Virus record (IMG/VR): IMGVR_UViG_3300033067_001837
Span: 46,583 to 110,582 of that record
Direction: 5' to 3' (one strand)
Source of the DNA: a virus
Taxonomy: Duplodnaviria; Caudoviricetes
Length of the DNA stretch: 64,000 nucleotides
The notes beneath the pieces are model-generated. The model did no database searches. It was given only the letters and a program-made list of their open reading frames with translations, and had not been told where the DNA came from. Shown here in pieces: positions 1 to 11,041 of this stretch (the stretch's first letter is position 1; the number at the start of each line of letters is the position of its first letter). The position numbers were made by a program, and so were the translations under genes.

Positions 1-2265
1 CTCTATGGTCGAGGGTGTGGGTGTAAACGATGGAGCGGTTTCGGTAGGCGTCTTAGGGGTGACAATCAGTGAGTCCAGCGGCTTTGTAGGCTTGCCGTTG
101 ATACTGTCCTGCAACTGTAAAAGCTGTCCATAAGCTTTCGCTTTACGCTGACGCAGTGGTTCAATATCGGGAGCAGACAATCCACGCAGTTGCGTTGATT
201 CATTAATCTGTTGGTCAATCTCAGCAATCTCGTTATTTAACAACGATCGCTGTTTCTCAACAACAGTTTCGTTGAGGGCGTCTAGATAGGAAATCGGAGT
301 GTCAGTGCGGGCAGCTTGGCGAGCAGTCGCGGCTTGCGCTAAGGTTTCAGGGGCTTCTCCGATGACCTGAGCGTGTTTTCTCGTTGCTGTAACCTCATCG
401 TCTAGCGTATCCAGACGACGATCAAAGCGATCTTGCCATTCGGGAGTTTGGGCGTCAATCGCCTCGGGCGTGAGCGGTTGGCGAAGCGCGTCAAATTGGA
501 TGGGGTCGAGGGTCTGAATGTCATTGAGACTAGGGAGGCCACCGACAGAAGTATTGCGGGCGGCTTCGGCTTGCTGTGTAGCCTGCTGCTTCGCTTGTTC
601 TTGAGTACGAACTTCATCAGCGATACGCTGCTGCTCGGTCATTAAGTCGCGATTCACACCAAAAGCAGCGCCACCTTGTTCCAAGACGGGCCTGAGCTTC
701 TGGAGACCTTGCAGATCAATATCGCCGGTTGCAGCCCCTTCGCGGTCTACCCATCCAGTTAATCCTGGACTGTCATTACCCAAAAAACTGAGAATCCCGG
801 CTTGCTGTTTTGGCTCCATCGACTGCCAAAGCTCGCCCAGAACCTTTTGTCGCTCTGCTTGAATATCAGGTGATTCTTCCTTGCGGGACGTGATTTCAGC
901 GTTGATATTCCCGATAGCATTCGCCAAGTTTTCATTCTTGGTTTTCTTCTGTAACCACTGGCCGAGTACCGCCAGGTTATCCAGTGATTGTTCCGGCATC
1001 GCCGACAGGACGTTCGGGTCTTCGGCTAACCCCACCAGAGTTTCAGCATCACGCGGATTTTGTACGAATCGTTCGTGGATTTTTGAACCTGTCTTGACAG
1101 CACCGCCCACCAAGCCAAACATACCTAACAGCGCCAGAGTCGGCGGCGCAACCTTCTTAAACGCCTCAACAGCGCCACTGAGACCCTGATAAGCAGGTAA
1201 CGCGGAATCTATCGGCTGTCCTGCCAGGTACGCATCAATCTTGGCTTGGTTGTTTCCTTGGTTATATTCAGTAACGGTTTCGGTGGCTAACTCACCACCA
1301 ACTGCTGTACCTGCGGCTGCTGCACGAATTCCTGCCTTCTTAAAAGCGTTTCCGGTGATTTTGGAAAGTGCAGACTTACCGAGTAATTTCAGGGCGATAC
1401 CACCACCCACCATCGTCAGAGCATTACCTACTGCCTCGGGGCCGGCCTCCCATAAAGCGGAGTTTTCGGCAATCGGCAGCATATCGGCATAGAGTTTTGC
1501 CTTTTCTTCTTCATTCAAACTACGCTGCTGTTTCTTTTGAGATTCCGCCTCAGCAGTTTGAAAAATATCATTCAAAACTTGGTTGCCCATCATGCGGAAA
1601 GCCGCAGTACCGGACGCACCCATACTTGCTGCGATACCACCCACAATACCGGAACCCGGAATCGGAACCGCCGCTTGAGTTAATGCGCCACCGGCCAAGG
1701 CAGCCGGAATTGCAGCACCCATCGAAACGCCGCTAAATCCGATACTGGGGATCGCTTCTCGAATTGACTCGCTAGTGGAATCCGTATTACCCGCAGCAAT
1801 CTGCTGTTGAATAGCCTCGTTGTTCTTTTGTTCAAGTTCTTTTTGCGCAGCAAACGCAGCTACCGCTTCGGGTGAATACTCATCCGGGCGTTTCAGCCCT
1901 TCCTTCATCTGGTAATAGGCACTCGGTAACGTGGTGCCCAAGCTCTTTCCGGCATCCCATAGGGCGCTGGCGGTATTGCTGAGATCGAATAAAGGTTTAT
2001 CTTCTTGAGATACTGCGGTCTGTACAGGCGGCAAACTCGCCGCGTACTCTTCCGGGGTCTTACCTGTAGGCGTCCCGTACTGACTCAATCCTTGCCGAAC
2101 GCCAGGGGTTCCTGAATAGGTCGGTAGGTCTTGTAGCGCCGATAATCCCACACCGGACAAGCCTTGTTGATAAGCTTGCATCAGCGGATTTTCCGGGAGT
2201 GCCGGAGTTATGGTGGACGGAACCTCGGTGGGGAGAGCAGATTCGTCGTCATACCAATTAGCCAT
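1..2265 (-). CDS. Large putative internal virion/ejection protein, N-terminal part (runs off window start)
   Basis: Not in the ORF track, consistent with no stop inside the window. ATG at 2265 (MANWYDDESALPTEVP...) follows a terminator. Ala/Gly/Gln-rich; last gene of the structural module. Confidence 0.65.
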   Translation of the reverse strand, partial: MANWYDDESALPTEVPSTITPALPENPLMQAYQQGLSGVGLSALQDLPTYSGTPGVRQGLSQYGTPTGKTPEEYAASLPPVQTAVSQEDKPLFDLSNTASALWDAGKSLGTTLPSAYYQMKEGLKRPDEYSPEAVAAFAAQKELEQKNNEAIQQQIAAGNTDSTSESIREAIPSIGFSGVSMGAAIPAALAGGALTQAAVPIPGSGIVGGIAASMGASGTAAFRMMGNQVLNDIFQTAEAESQKKQQRSLNEEEKAKLYADMLPIAENSALWEAGPEAVGNALTMVGGGIALKLLGKSALSKITGNAFKKAGIRAAAAGTAVGGELATETVTEYNQGNNQAKIDAYLAGQPIDSALPAYQGLSGAVEAFKKVAPPTLALLGMFGLVGGAVKTGSKIHERFVQNPRDAETLVGLAEDPNVLSAMPEQSLDNLAVLGQWLQKKTKNENLANAIGNINAEITSRKEESPDIQAERQKVLGELWQSMEPKQQAGILSFLGNDSPGLTGWVDREGAATGDIDLQGLQKLRPVLEQGGAAFGVNRDLMTEQQRIADEVRTQEQAKQQATQQAEAARNTSVGGLPSLNDIQTLDPIQFDALRQPLTPEAIDAQTPEWQDRFDRRLDTLDDEVTATRKHAQVIGEAPETLAQAATARQAARTDTPISYLDALNETVVEKQRSLLNNEIAEIDQQINESTQLRGLSAPDIEPLRQRKAKAYGQLLQLQDSINGKPTKPLDSLIVTPKTPTETAPSFTPTPSTIE

Positions 2266-2286
2266 ATCAATCACCCTTTAAAAACT

Positions 2287-2308
2287 AAAAAACCCACCGA
2301 AGCGGGTT
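2287..2308 (-). terminator. Rho-independent terminator
   Basis: AACCCGC-TTCG-GTGGGTT followed by a T run on the minus strand. Confidence 0.8.
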
Positions 2309-2327
2309 GAATAGAATACTGCTTTGT

Positions 2328-4124
2328 TCAACGCATATTATGAATTTGTTGATAGCTTAACCCATCGACATACTGACCGGTTTTTGGATCAATCATGCCG
2401 TAAGTACCGCTACCTGATTTGTAGATTTGACCCTGTTTGGCAGATTTACCGTCACCTAAAGGTTGGATGTTATTCCATTGTTCAAATAATTCCGTATTGA
2501 AAATTTCTCGACCGTTTTCATCCATGCTTTTATAAACACCAGGCATTTCATTAGAGCCTCCACTAGCAGGACGATTCGCCATAATCGCATTGCGCTGCGC
2601 TTCCAAAGCGCGACCTTGGCCTTTATCCATTATTTCCATATAAGCTTTAAGATCGTTAAGCTTTTGTTCAGCCTGCTTATCACCGCGTTCCGCTGCGTAT
2701 TTCAAAGCAGCAAACTCATTCGCTGCTGATTTAGAAGCCATCTCGTTTTCAGAACCTAACAGGTTTGACGCTATACCCGCCTGTACACCATGGCTCTGTT
2801 GTAAAGCTCGAGTGGCACTATCATTTTGTGCTAGACCAATTTGTAATGCTTCTATGGCAGCACGACGCTGGCGTCCTTTACCCTTCCCATAGTCATTTGG
2901 CGCATCCTTGAGTTTCTGAATTAACGCAGCCCGCTCTTCCTGCAACGCGCTCATATCCGGGGACGGAGCCAGTTGGCTCATCATGGCCCGAATCGCGTTA
3001 GTTTGCGCTTCCTGTTCAACCGTAGGTAGTCCTTGCGCTTTGCGGTTCGCATTGCGAATATCGCGCATCGCGGCTGTCTGAGAGTCAATCGTCTTGACCC
3101 GCGCATCAATCGCGGCTTGTTCTTCAGGGGTGCGTCCGCCGACAACGGAGAGGGTGCCGCCGCTTTGGCGTTGACCATAGAAGGTCGCTGATCCTTTGCC
3201 TGGAACAGCATATTCCGTAATAGCACCGCCATGTTCCATACCGGCTTTAGTGGCGTCGTTGGGTATATATCCTCTTGCTCCGAACGATTGTTCCAACCCC
3301 ATTTGCTGACCAAACCGAGTAACATTTTCATTACTTTGGACAGCAGCAGTGTATTCTTTCGGTGTACCAAAACGTTCCTTCATCAATATATTTTCATCAT
3401 AACCCGGTGGTTTTCCGCTAATAGCGTTATTGACTTCTGGGTTATTCAAGGAACGATAGCCATTAGATATTAAAGGCCCAGCTTCTTGTGCGACTTGACT
3501 TCTCTCTCGCATATCCTTAAGTGCAGCACCATCTCCAAGATAGGAAAGTACACCATTAATGTCGGTTCCCCCTAATTTCTTTGTAGGATCGGGAGGTGTT
3601 ACTCCTACCTGATTAAGCGGCGCTGATACCGGAGCCTTAACAGATTGCATCTGCTTTTGAATAGTCTCTTTATTATTATAGACTTGTCCTTGTGGCCCCT
3701 GAATAATAGGTACATCACCTTCAAACCCGATAACCTTATTAGCATTATTCGCTGCCATAGCCTGCTTCGCTTCTAGACTATCTAATGTTCCTTCGCCTAA
3801 TGGAGATGGGTACATCATCATCCCAACTCCACCTGCCACCCTACTTACAGGAGATGCGGCTATTTTTGTTAATCCGTTAGCTAACTGCGTTCCTACTCCT
3901 ACAGGTTGTTTAGGAATAGCTGTGGTAGTTGTGCTAACTGGTTGTTTTGGGGCGTTTCGCAAATTACGCAATGCGTCATAATCAACAAGACCTCGAGTGG
4001 GTGCTTGAGAAAAATTAGCAGGTGTGGCACCCGATTTTATTTGGCTCGGAGTTACCGGGGTGCCTTGCATTAATGATCGCAATTCACTAGGGGTAAACGG
4101 TCTATCAAACATTAATCCAGCCAT
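2328..4124 (-). CDS. Putative internal virion/DNA ejection protein
   Basis: Track ORF 2328..4211. Start moved to MAGLMFDR at 4124 (AGGAG RBS; a terminator lies in the upstream extension). Low-complexity, helical Ala/Gln-rich. Confidence 0.55.
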   Translation of the reverse strand: MAGLMFDRPFTPSELRSLMQGTPVTPSQIKSGATPANFSQAPTRGLVDYDALRNLRNAPKQPVSTTTTAIPKQPVGVGTQLANGLTKIAASPVSRVAGGVGMMMYPSPLGEGTLDSLEAKQAMAANNANKVIGFEGDVPIIQGPQGQVYNNKETIQKQMQSVKAPVSAPLNQVGVTPPDPTKKLGGTDINGVLSYLGDGAALKDMRERSQVAQEAGPLISNGYRSLNNPEVNNAISGKPPGYDENILMKERFGTPKEYTAAVQSNENVTRFGQQMGLEQSFGARGYIPNDATKAGMEHGGAITEYAVPGKGSATFYGQRQSGGTLSVVGGRTPEEQAAIDARVKTIDSQTAAMRDIRNANRKAQGLPTVEQEAQTNAIRAMMSQLAPSPDMSALQEERAALIQKLKDAPNDYGKGKGRQRRAAIEALQIGLAQNDSATRALQQSHGVQAGIASNLLGSENEMASKSAANEFAALKYAAERGDKQAEQKLNDLKAYMEIMDKGQGRALEAQRNAIMANRPASGGSNEMPGVYKSMDENGREIFNTELFEQWNNIQPLGDGKSAKQGQIYKSGSGTYGMIDPKTGQYVDGLSYQQIHNMR

Positions 4125-4149
4125 TTTTCTTCTCCTACCTACCAGGCAT

Positions 4150-4173
4150 AAAAAACCCCGAAATCTCAGGGTT
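4150..4173 (-). terminator. Rho-independent terminator
   Basis: AACCCTGA-GATT-TCGGGGTT-TTTT on the minus strand. Confidence 0.7.
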
Positions 4174-4210
4174 GTCTTTAATCTACAGAAATTGTTTTGT
4201 TTGTTAATCA

Positions 4211-4942
4211 CTAACGAAACAAAGCACGGGATGCATCCGTAGTTGCAAACGGATCGTTATTTAAACGACTAGTATCATTGTTTTTGTATGGATTTTTAAA
4301 CCCGGAACCACCTGTAGATGCCAATCCGGCACGATTCAAATCACTCTTCAATACGCTATCCATGGGTTTTTGCGGAGTCGCGCTTAATCCAAAAAGACTG
4401 GCTAATTGCGCCATTTGCTTGGGGTCATTCCAGTCTGGTATCGAGGGTGTTGTCGTTACAGCCGGGGTCTGCATCGATTGATAGGTACTGGCTGCTTTAT
4501 TTAGTCGATCCGCCATGGATAAATCTTGACCAGTGACACTCAAGTTGGTGGCAGGGGTAGGCAAAGCAGTGACAGGACTGCTTAATCCGCTGCTTACTCG
4601 CTCGTTCATATCCTTCCCAGCAGCCGATGAGTAATCAATAGTGGGAACGGATGTTTGCGGCAAGGCTGTGACAGACGCGCCAATACCCGGTGTGGTAATC
4701 GGCGCTGTGGTTACAGCAGGCGTTGCGGGACTAGCAGGTTTCTGTGGATTCGTAGCATCACTAAAACTATTGGGCTTTGTTGTAGCTGCCTTGTTAGGAT
4801 CAGGTAAAGCGGCGATACCGGCTTTAGCGCCACCGAGAATCGCGGCGTTATTAGCGGTTGACCCTGGTGGGAAATAGGTCGTTGAGGAACCACTGACGAA
4901 ATTACCGTCGTTGTTTTTGTTCGGGGTTACTGATGTAATCAT
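4211..4942 (-). CDS. Ser/Thr/Pro-rich hypothetical virion protein
   Basis: 243 aa ORF with AGGA RBS, co-oriented with the structural module. Confidence 0.55.
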   Translation of the reverse strand: MITSVTPNKNNDGNFVSGSSTTYFPPGSTANNAAILGGAKAGIAALPDPNKAATTKPNSFSDATNPQKPASPATPAVTTAPITTPGIGASVTALPQTSVPTIDYSSAAGKDMNERVSSGLSSPVTALPTPATNLSVTGQDLSMADRLNKAASTYQSMQTPAVTTTPSIPDWNDPKQMAQLASLFGLSATPQKPMDSVLKSDLNRAGLASTGGSGFKNPYKNNDTSRLNNDPFATTDASRALFR

Positions 4943-4957
4943 TAGAATTCCTATAAT

Positions 4958-4980
4958 AAAAAACCCCGCAAGGGCGGGGT
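4958..4980 (-). terminator. Rho-independent terminator
   Basis: ACCCCGC-CCTT-GCGGGGT-TTTTT on the minus strand. Confidence 0.8.
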
Positions 4981-4997
4981 CGTCAGGTTTGAATACT

Positions 4998-5737
4998 ATT
5001 AGCGAATAACGGCTGCAATCTTTTCAGCAGACCGCTGACAGGATTTGGCGCATGGGGTATTGCCGCGTATATCGTTTTTTTTCAATATCTTCGTCAGCCA
5101 GTATCTCAGCCAACAGGATCGCCGCAATTTCCTTCAACGAGGCGTGATCTCGGAGGTTAGCTTTTGTGGGCAGATTCCGTTCTTTAACAATCTGGTTTTT
5201 GGTTCCGCCGAAAATAGGTTTGTAAGTGGCGTTCGTACAAATCGCAAACCCGGCAGCGCTGACATCGTGGGCCTGCAAAACAGCGGTATGGTGATTTCTA
5301 ACCACCTTTCCTTGCGCCCTGGTGACGGCACGCTGCTGATCTTCGATAGGTGCCTTAGTATTATCAAACACCCGATCAACGATAGAGAGGTCGCCCTCTT
5401 CAACCTTTAAAAAGGTTTCGTTGACCTTGAACCGAAAATCTGGGGATAGGTAGCCAGAGTATTCTACGGCCAGCAGCTTGTGCGCCCAGGTTCCGCCACC
5501 GCGATCTACCCGTGCCTTACTGGTTTTTAACACATCGATTTTGGCTACATGTAGATTTTTACAAACAGAATCAATGGCTTCTATTGAGCTTTCAGTATCA
5601 AGCCAACGTCTAGGCTCTTTGTTCGTCGGACTCCCTGCGGCCACATAAAGGTCGTTGAGGTTGACCATATCGCCGTCCGTGCGAATTTTAAATTGACCAT
5701 CCAGGGTGAAAGTCGTGATAGAATGTTGAGCAGTCAT
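4998..5737 (-). CDS. KilA-N domain protein with a probable frameshift near the C-terminus
   Basis: KilA-N motifs (VNLNDLY; GGGTWAHKLLAVEYSGYLSPDF). Track stop is at 5024. The +1 frame after the A8 run (5075-5082) reads NDIRGNTPCAKSCQRSAEKIAAVIR* to 4998, next to the terminator. Confidence 0.8.
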
Positions 5738-5801
5738 GTTGCTTCCTTAAAAGATTCAGCAGCGTTGATAGGCTCCCGTCTTAATGGAAGACGGGAGTTG
5801 T

Positions 5802-5857
5802 CTACTCAATGGATTAGTAGATGAACGCATCATAACTGCAATATTCTATGCTGTCAA
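5802..5857 (-). promoter_or_regulatory. Sigma70 promoter (TTGACA-17-TATGAT) with downstream 19-bp palindromic operator
   Basis: Operator CTACTCA-ATGGA-TTAGTAG at 5802-5820. Confidence 0.65.
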
Positions 5858-6612
5858 CTCTCCCACTCAGCGGTTTTTCGGCTGCGAACATAGGGTTCTG
5901 GCCGAATCGTGATATTCAAGTTCGCATTCGCCCGCCGACTCTCTAACGTCCGATAGTCCACCGGCTTACCTACCAGATTTTCAAATTCATGGGAATGGAA
6001 GCGTTGCCGACCGGCTTCAACCGTATCCGCATCCCGCTTCTGGTAGGCATAAGACAGCGCACCTTGTATTAAAGCTTCACGCAACTGTTCAGGCGGTTCA
6101 TCCACGTCCGACTTTCTCCCTGCCCAGGTCATTTCTTCTAGTGGGAGTCGATAAACCGTCAAATACAGCTTGTCCGCCACAACTGGAATCGGATATAGTG
6201 CCAGCCGAAATGGCTTATTTTCTTCCAGATAATGTGTCGGGGTTCCGGTGGTAGTACGATGATCCGCAGTTTCCCGATGATCGCGCAACTGAGTTTTAAT
6301 CATCGAAATCCCGGTTGAGTTTAATAGTACGTCTTCAATAGACAGAATGCGCTGATCAAGCTCATAGATAGCTGTACCGGCCCACACGTTAATTTGACAG
6401 AGCTCCGCTTCGGTATCGCGGTAACAGTGAGTGCGAATGGCAATTTCACGGTGAGTATTGTTTAAATACTGAATTAATTCGGCATTCTTGAAAAGACAAG
6501 AACTATCATCGAACTCCCAAAAATAGGTAAATCCAGCCGGGGCAGCGCCGGTATCTCCGCCTAAATCATCACTGCGCAACCGAATATCGTAAACTAAAGA
6601 AAGGGGAGTCAT
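5854..6612 (-). CDS. Putative head-tail adaptor/connector protein
   Basis: Pattern LIQYLN..REIA..T, Y.LD.RIL.I, LALYPIP, ALIQGAL.YAY.K.DAD typical of podovirus adaptor-like proteins. Confidence 0.55.
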   Translation of the reverse strand: MTPLSLVYDIRLRSDDLGGDTGAAPAGFTYFWEFDDSSCLFKNAELIQYLNNTHREIAIRTHCYRDTEAELCQINVWAGTAIYELDQRILSIEDVLLNSTGISMIKTQLRDHRETADHRTTTGTPTHYLEENKPFRLALYPIPVVADKLYLTVYRLPLEEMTWAGRKSDVDEPPEQLREALIQGALSYAYQKRDADTVEAGRQRFHSHEFENLVGKPVDYRTLESRRANANLNITIRPEPYVRSRKTAEWES

Positions 6613-6796
6613 ATTAGGAACCTTCTTGAAAAACCAAGGACGTAATTGCGCATTGGGAAATTTTATGAAAAGTCTGTACTGCTTTCAATTGTTTCATTTT
6701 TTCTTCTTGTGTATTAGAGTATTTATAAGCTAGATCGCTTATCGTAGTTGCTCCGTAATTATTAAAAATCTAATAGTGGACGACAAAAAATATTCT

Positions 6797-9088
6797 TTAA
6801 TAAAGACCTATGGGGTAAATAGTCAGCGTAGGGTCAGTTACCGGTAATTCAGTTAATCTACCCTCATTATCAATTTGGTATACTAGCGGGCCATTCCTGA
6901 TTCCGCAAGAAATCTTATTAATAATTACCGAAAAATAATCAGATATTCCAGTAGTGTTATTATACACAGGGAAATATGATTTTATGTTAAAATTAGCGGA
7001 ATATACAGCATAATCATAGCCCACATACTGCCTCGGATCAATAACGCACGAGAACCCGTATTTACTAGTATCTTTAACAGCCGCCGGAGGATTACTAACA
7101 ATTATAGAGTACATCGCGTCTATAGCAGAGAATCTAATATTAACTGGCGTATTAGTTGTTAATTCAAAGTCATCTGATCCCACCGGAAAATAATAACCTT
7201 GATTAAACCGATCCGAAGTTATTCCTCGATCTACCGCGCCCTCCGTAGTGGCGCTAGTATCCTCGTTTCTACTATTTTCTTGACTGTTATTATTTTCGTT
7301 TACTATATCAATATTATCTATTTTTAATAGGCAAGTAGTATTTCCATACCACTTATAATTATAGTGTGAATCTACTGTTGAAGTTCCATTAGTAGCATTT
7401 GTGTTATAATGAGTAATATAATCCGAGTTGTTTGTGTTTATTACACTTAAAATACTTTTATACTTTACATCAATAAATCCTATAAAAAATACCTGTTCTT
7501 TTTTATACTGCGTTTGATTATCTTGTGTAGATAAATTATTAGATAATACCCCTCCAGTGTATTCGTCTAAAGTATAAGAAGAAACAGAGTCTAAGCTCAT
7601 ATCTGCTATAAAAGACGTTGTATTTACAAGGCTAACGTTAAAAATATTCTCATTATTAACCTTAAATATAACATTCTTTAGGGTATTTTGTACCCCAACT
7701 TCTTTCTTATGATAAGTATTTGCTCGGCTTGCTAAATAATAAGTATCATCTTCTCTTTTATTGTATTGATTTACCTCAGTAAATGCTATTTCATTTTTAT
7801 AATTATAAGGTGGATATATTTCCTCTACCATCATATAAGTAATAACGTCAGAATCATTATAAGTCATTGCAATCGGATATTCAACCGAAGTTGCAGAGCT
7901 AGTTAAATTAGTATAATTATAAGTTATATTCGCACTAAGCAACTGCCCGTTTTCGTGGTATGTTTTATCGGAATTATTAATTATGCTAATAGTATTTATT
8001 ACTTCCACGTTATGCCAATAACCTATTTCTGTCTTCGTAATTTCTACACTATCTGTATTATGAGTAACTAAACACTCTATAGCCCTAATCTCGTCAATAT
8101 TTGTTGATGTTAAATTATTATCTAAAAATGCAAACTTACTTCCATCCTTACTAAAACGCACCGGCCATAATAATTTACGAACGTTATACTCGCCGCCGAT
8201 AAAGAACTTTTTTACTTCTCCAACTTTAGTTAAAGAATTTCCTGTTCCGGCCACGAAAGAGGTTAAAGAAAACTCATTATTATTTGCTACGGTAACAGCC
8301 ACATAGCGATATTCTGTAACACCCTCATCATCTTTTAGTTCTACATTTCCCGCCCAAAATCCAGCGATAAATCCTATTCCGATTAACTTACTAAAAAATT
8401 CTCCATTCTTATACAATAACCCTGTTACGCCAATTGGAGACGATTTGCTAGATAATCTTAAATAACAGTCATACCCTGAAAAATAAGTTCTTGATTCTAG
8501 TAAAATACTCGTATTCTTAAAGCTACCCATCGGCCCATCGCCACAGGAGCTATGCCACCAAGAGTATAAATTATCACTACTATCTACAAAAAACTGATTG
8601 CCTGATTGTTTACGAGATGGAGCTTTGGGAGTAGTTTTAAAAGTATGTTCTTTTTTATTATACTCTACAACTAATGTAGAAAATGGCAAATACGGATCGT
8701 AGTAATAAGTATTATCAACTAACGGTAAAGTATTTAATGGGGATTTAGGAGTATAAATTCCGTTTAAATTATTATCTGTTTTTGGGTAAAAAATAAATCC
8801 CCTGCTTATTTTCTTGAATACTTCGCCAAACGCAGGGTATGTTGCAACCTCAATAGTATTAATCCCGCTATTACTAATCACTCTTATCCTGGTTAAATCA
8901 GGTAAAATAACTACTCTATGCCCGGATTCAATTCCGCCGAGATGCATCCGTTGAACTAGCCCGCCAAGAACGACTCGTGCTATCGGCAAATACCTCGCAG
9001 ACAACACTGTGTCGCCAATAAAACGCTTAATGGATTCTTTCCATTCACGCCCACCGACCGGCTGTTTTGCGAGGTGTTTCCAGTCCAC
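6797..9088 (-). CDS. AT-rich hypothetical tail-associated protein
   Basis: Track ORF 774 aa; likely GTG start at 9088 after GAAGGA. Asn/Tyr/Ser/Thr-rich, beta-type composition. Confidence 0.55.
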   Translation of the reverse strand: MDWKHLAKQPVGGREWKESIKRFIGDTVLSARYLPIARVVLGGLVQRMHLGGIESGHRVVILPDLTRIRVISNSGINTIEVATYPAFGEVFKKISRGFIFYPKTDNNLNGIYTPKSPLNTLPLVDNTYYYDPYLPFSTLVVEYNKKEHTFKTTPKAPSRKQSGNQFFVDSSDNLYSWWHSSCGDGPMGSFKNTSILLESRTYFSGYDCYLRLSSKSSPIGVTGLLYKNGEFFSKLIGIGFIAGFWAGNVELKDDEGVTEYRYVAVTVANNNEFSLTSFVAGTGNSLTKVGEVKKFFIGGEYNVRKLLWPVRFSKDGSKFAFLDNNLTSTNIDEIRAIECLVTHNTDSVEITKTEIGYWHNVEVINTISIINNSDKTYHENGQLLSANITYNYTNLTSSATSVEYPIAMTYNDSDVITYMMVEEIYPPYNYKNEIAFTEVNQYNKREDDTYYLASRANTYHKKEVGVQNTLKNVIFKVNNENIFNVSLVNTTSFIADMSLDSVSSYTLDEYTGGVLSNNLSTQDNQTQYKKEQVFFIGFIDVKYKSILSVINTNNSDYITHYNTNATNGTSTVDSHYNYKWYGNTTCLLKIDNIDIVNENNNSQENSRNEDTSATTEGAVDRGITSDRFNQGYYFPVGSDDFELTTNTPVNIRFSAIDAMYSIIVSNPPAAVKDTSKYGFSCVIDPRQYVGYDYAVYSANFNIKSYFPVYNNTTGISDYFSVIINKISCGIRNGPLVYQIDNEGRLTELPVTDPTLTIYPIGLY

Positions 9089-9090
9089 AA

Positions 9091-11040
9091 TTATCCTTCG
9101 TAGGTATAGGTTTCTGAACAAGAATTACCGGACGAGAACGACGACCCTGACGAAACCGATGCTCCCACGTTCATTGCGCTCATTGCTGATCCCGCTAACT
9201 GCGCCGCAGTTCGAGCAACAGCATCTAATGAATCCTGCGCAATCTTAGTAAGCTGCAACATTTTAGTTTGCTCTAAGTCTGCTTGTTTAATCGTTTTATC
9301 CGCGTTGAACTTATCTACATTCAGCAGATAATCAAGTTTCTGTAATTCGGTTCCGATATAAGCCTTTTCCGCTTCATGCTTTAACGCATACCCCTGCATT
9401 TGATTTCGGTATACATCAGACGCTGCCCCTAACCGGACGGATTCCGCTTGAACCTCGGCTTTATATTTTTCAAGCTGCGCTGTCCAAGTTTGTAGTCCAA
9501 GCTGCAACGTCTCTAATTGCAAAGAAGCCTCGGTTTTCGCAGCGTCTATGTTTTTCGCATACGCTTCTACTTCCGAAGAAAAACCTTGCACCAGCGCTTT
9601 ATAGATTTCTACTTTCCCTTGCTCTGCGCGCACGGACTCCCCATAGGCTTTCCATTCAGCTTCCCAAGCACTAATCTCCGTAGCATACAACTTTACTCGC
9701 TCAGCGGCGTATTGCAATTTACCTAGTTCACCTTGCAATAACGCATTTGTTGCTTCCACTTCAGCCTTATACAAGCTAACTCTACTATTAACTGATTCAA
9801 TTTGCGTTTTATAAAGTTCAACTTCTTGCTGATTTAAATCAGAAATTAATTTCTGTCCCTCTAGCTGTGCTTTATACACTTCAATATTGCTTAACTCTAG
9901 TTGTATCTCGCTATTAATTGTGCTAAATTGGATTTGCCACATTTGCCCTTTAGCCTGAAACACATTAACTGCCGCGTCCAACAGCTTTATCTGTACGTCT
10001 GCTGCCTTCGCTGCTAGATCACCACAGACCCCATAAAGTTTAATTAGCGCATCTTTGTGCATCGCTTCATACGTAATCCCTTGCTGCACAGCAAACCGCA
10101 TGTTCTCAATTTCAAGTTTCGCTTCCTCGATCCATAAATTAAGGTTCAACTCAGACTTTTTATCCACTGACTTCTGACGAATCTCCGTCAGCTTAACCTC
10201 TAACGATCCACCCGGTAGAGTAAAGCCACGAGCCAGCCAATCAGCTATTGCCGTTTGCTCGGCTTGATAAGCCATGCGATCTTCAATGAAGTACGCTCGA
10301 TTTCGCATCGCTAACGCTACATCATTAGGAATTCCCGTACCGCCTGATAGTAACGTATTAATTTTTTCCACAAGCCCTAACACTGTATCACTTATCTGTA
10401 ATTTGGCTGACGAAAAAAACTGATTCACAATGTCGGTAAAGCCAATATCCTGCGGAAGCGACGGGGCTTCTGGAAGATTGTCCCGTAGACCGGCAATAGT
10501 TGCTTGAATCCCTGAAATATCCGGGGGGTCTAACGTGGGCAATACAATATTTATAGGGGAAACTATCTGCGGTAATTCAATGGTCGGTTTATCTGGATAT
10601 GTAGGAGCCTTAAACGGATCAGGTTCATTTGGCGGATTAGGTAAATTTCGTGAAGGCACACCAATAAATTTTAACTCTGGGGATTTTCCTTGAAAGGTCG
10701 GGCGGGGTATCTCAAAAAAGTAATCGCTAAAATCCGCGTCTATAGTAGGCGGTTCAGTAGGGGCGTCCGTATCCTTCCAAGTCAAGTCAGGAACGTCAGG
10801 TTCTGGTTGTGGTCGCATATATTCCGGTAAACTACCCGAATTCACTGATGGATTTAGCGATGCTGAGTCTATCGTACTTATGTTTTGAGTAAACGACTGG
10901 CTAATCATTTGCAGCGCGTCCAGCGCGGTTTGATAAGCCTCATCGCCTTTCTCAGTAAAGTGACTAATCTGACTTTCGACAATATCGAAAGTCCCCGCAC
11001 CTACTCCCGTCACCAACCCACAACCGCCGTCCAGACTCAT
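9091..11040 (-). CDS. Virion structural protein, Pro-rich N-terminus and long coiled-coil C-terminus
   Basis: Track ORF 658 aa, start likely MSLDGG at 11040. WLARGFTLPGG motif and repeated (V/L)ELYK(A/T) heptad-like units. Confidence 0.65.
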   Translation of the reverse strand: MSLDGGCGLVTGVGAGTFDIVESQISHFTEKGDEAYQTALDALQMISQSFTQNISTIDSASLNPSVNSGSLPEYMRPQPEPDVPDLTWKDTDAPTEPPTIDADFSDYFFEIPRPTFQGKSPELKFIGVPSRNLPNPPNEPDPFKAPTYPDKPTIELPQIVSPINIVLPTLDPPDISGIQATIAGLRDNLPEAPSLPQDIGFTDIVNQFFSSAKLQISDTVLGLVEKINTLLSGGTGIPNDVALAMRNRAYFIEDRMAYQAEQTAIADWLARGFTLPGGSLEVKLTEIRQKSVDKKSELNLNLWIEEAKLEIENMRFAVQQGITYEAMHKDALIKLYGVCGDLAAKAADVQIKLLDAAVNVFQAKGQMWQIQFSTINSEIQLELSNIEVYKAQLEGQKLISDLNQQEVELYKTQIESVNSRVSLYKAEVEATNALLQGELGKLQYAAERVKLYATEISAWEAEWKAYGESVRAEQGKVEIYKALVQGFSSEVEAYAKNIDAAKTEASLQLETLQLGLQTWTAQLEKYKAEVQAESVRLGAASDVYRNQMQGYALKHEAEKAYIGTELQKLDYLLNVDKFNADKTIKQADLEQTKMLQLTKIAQDSLDAVARTAAQLAGSAMSAMNVGASVSSGSSFSSGNSCSETYTYEG

Positions 11041-11041
11041 C

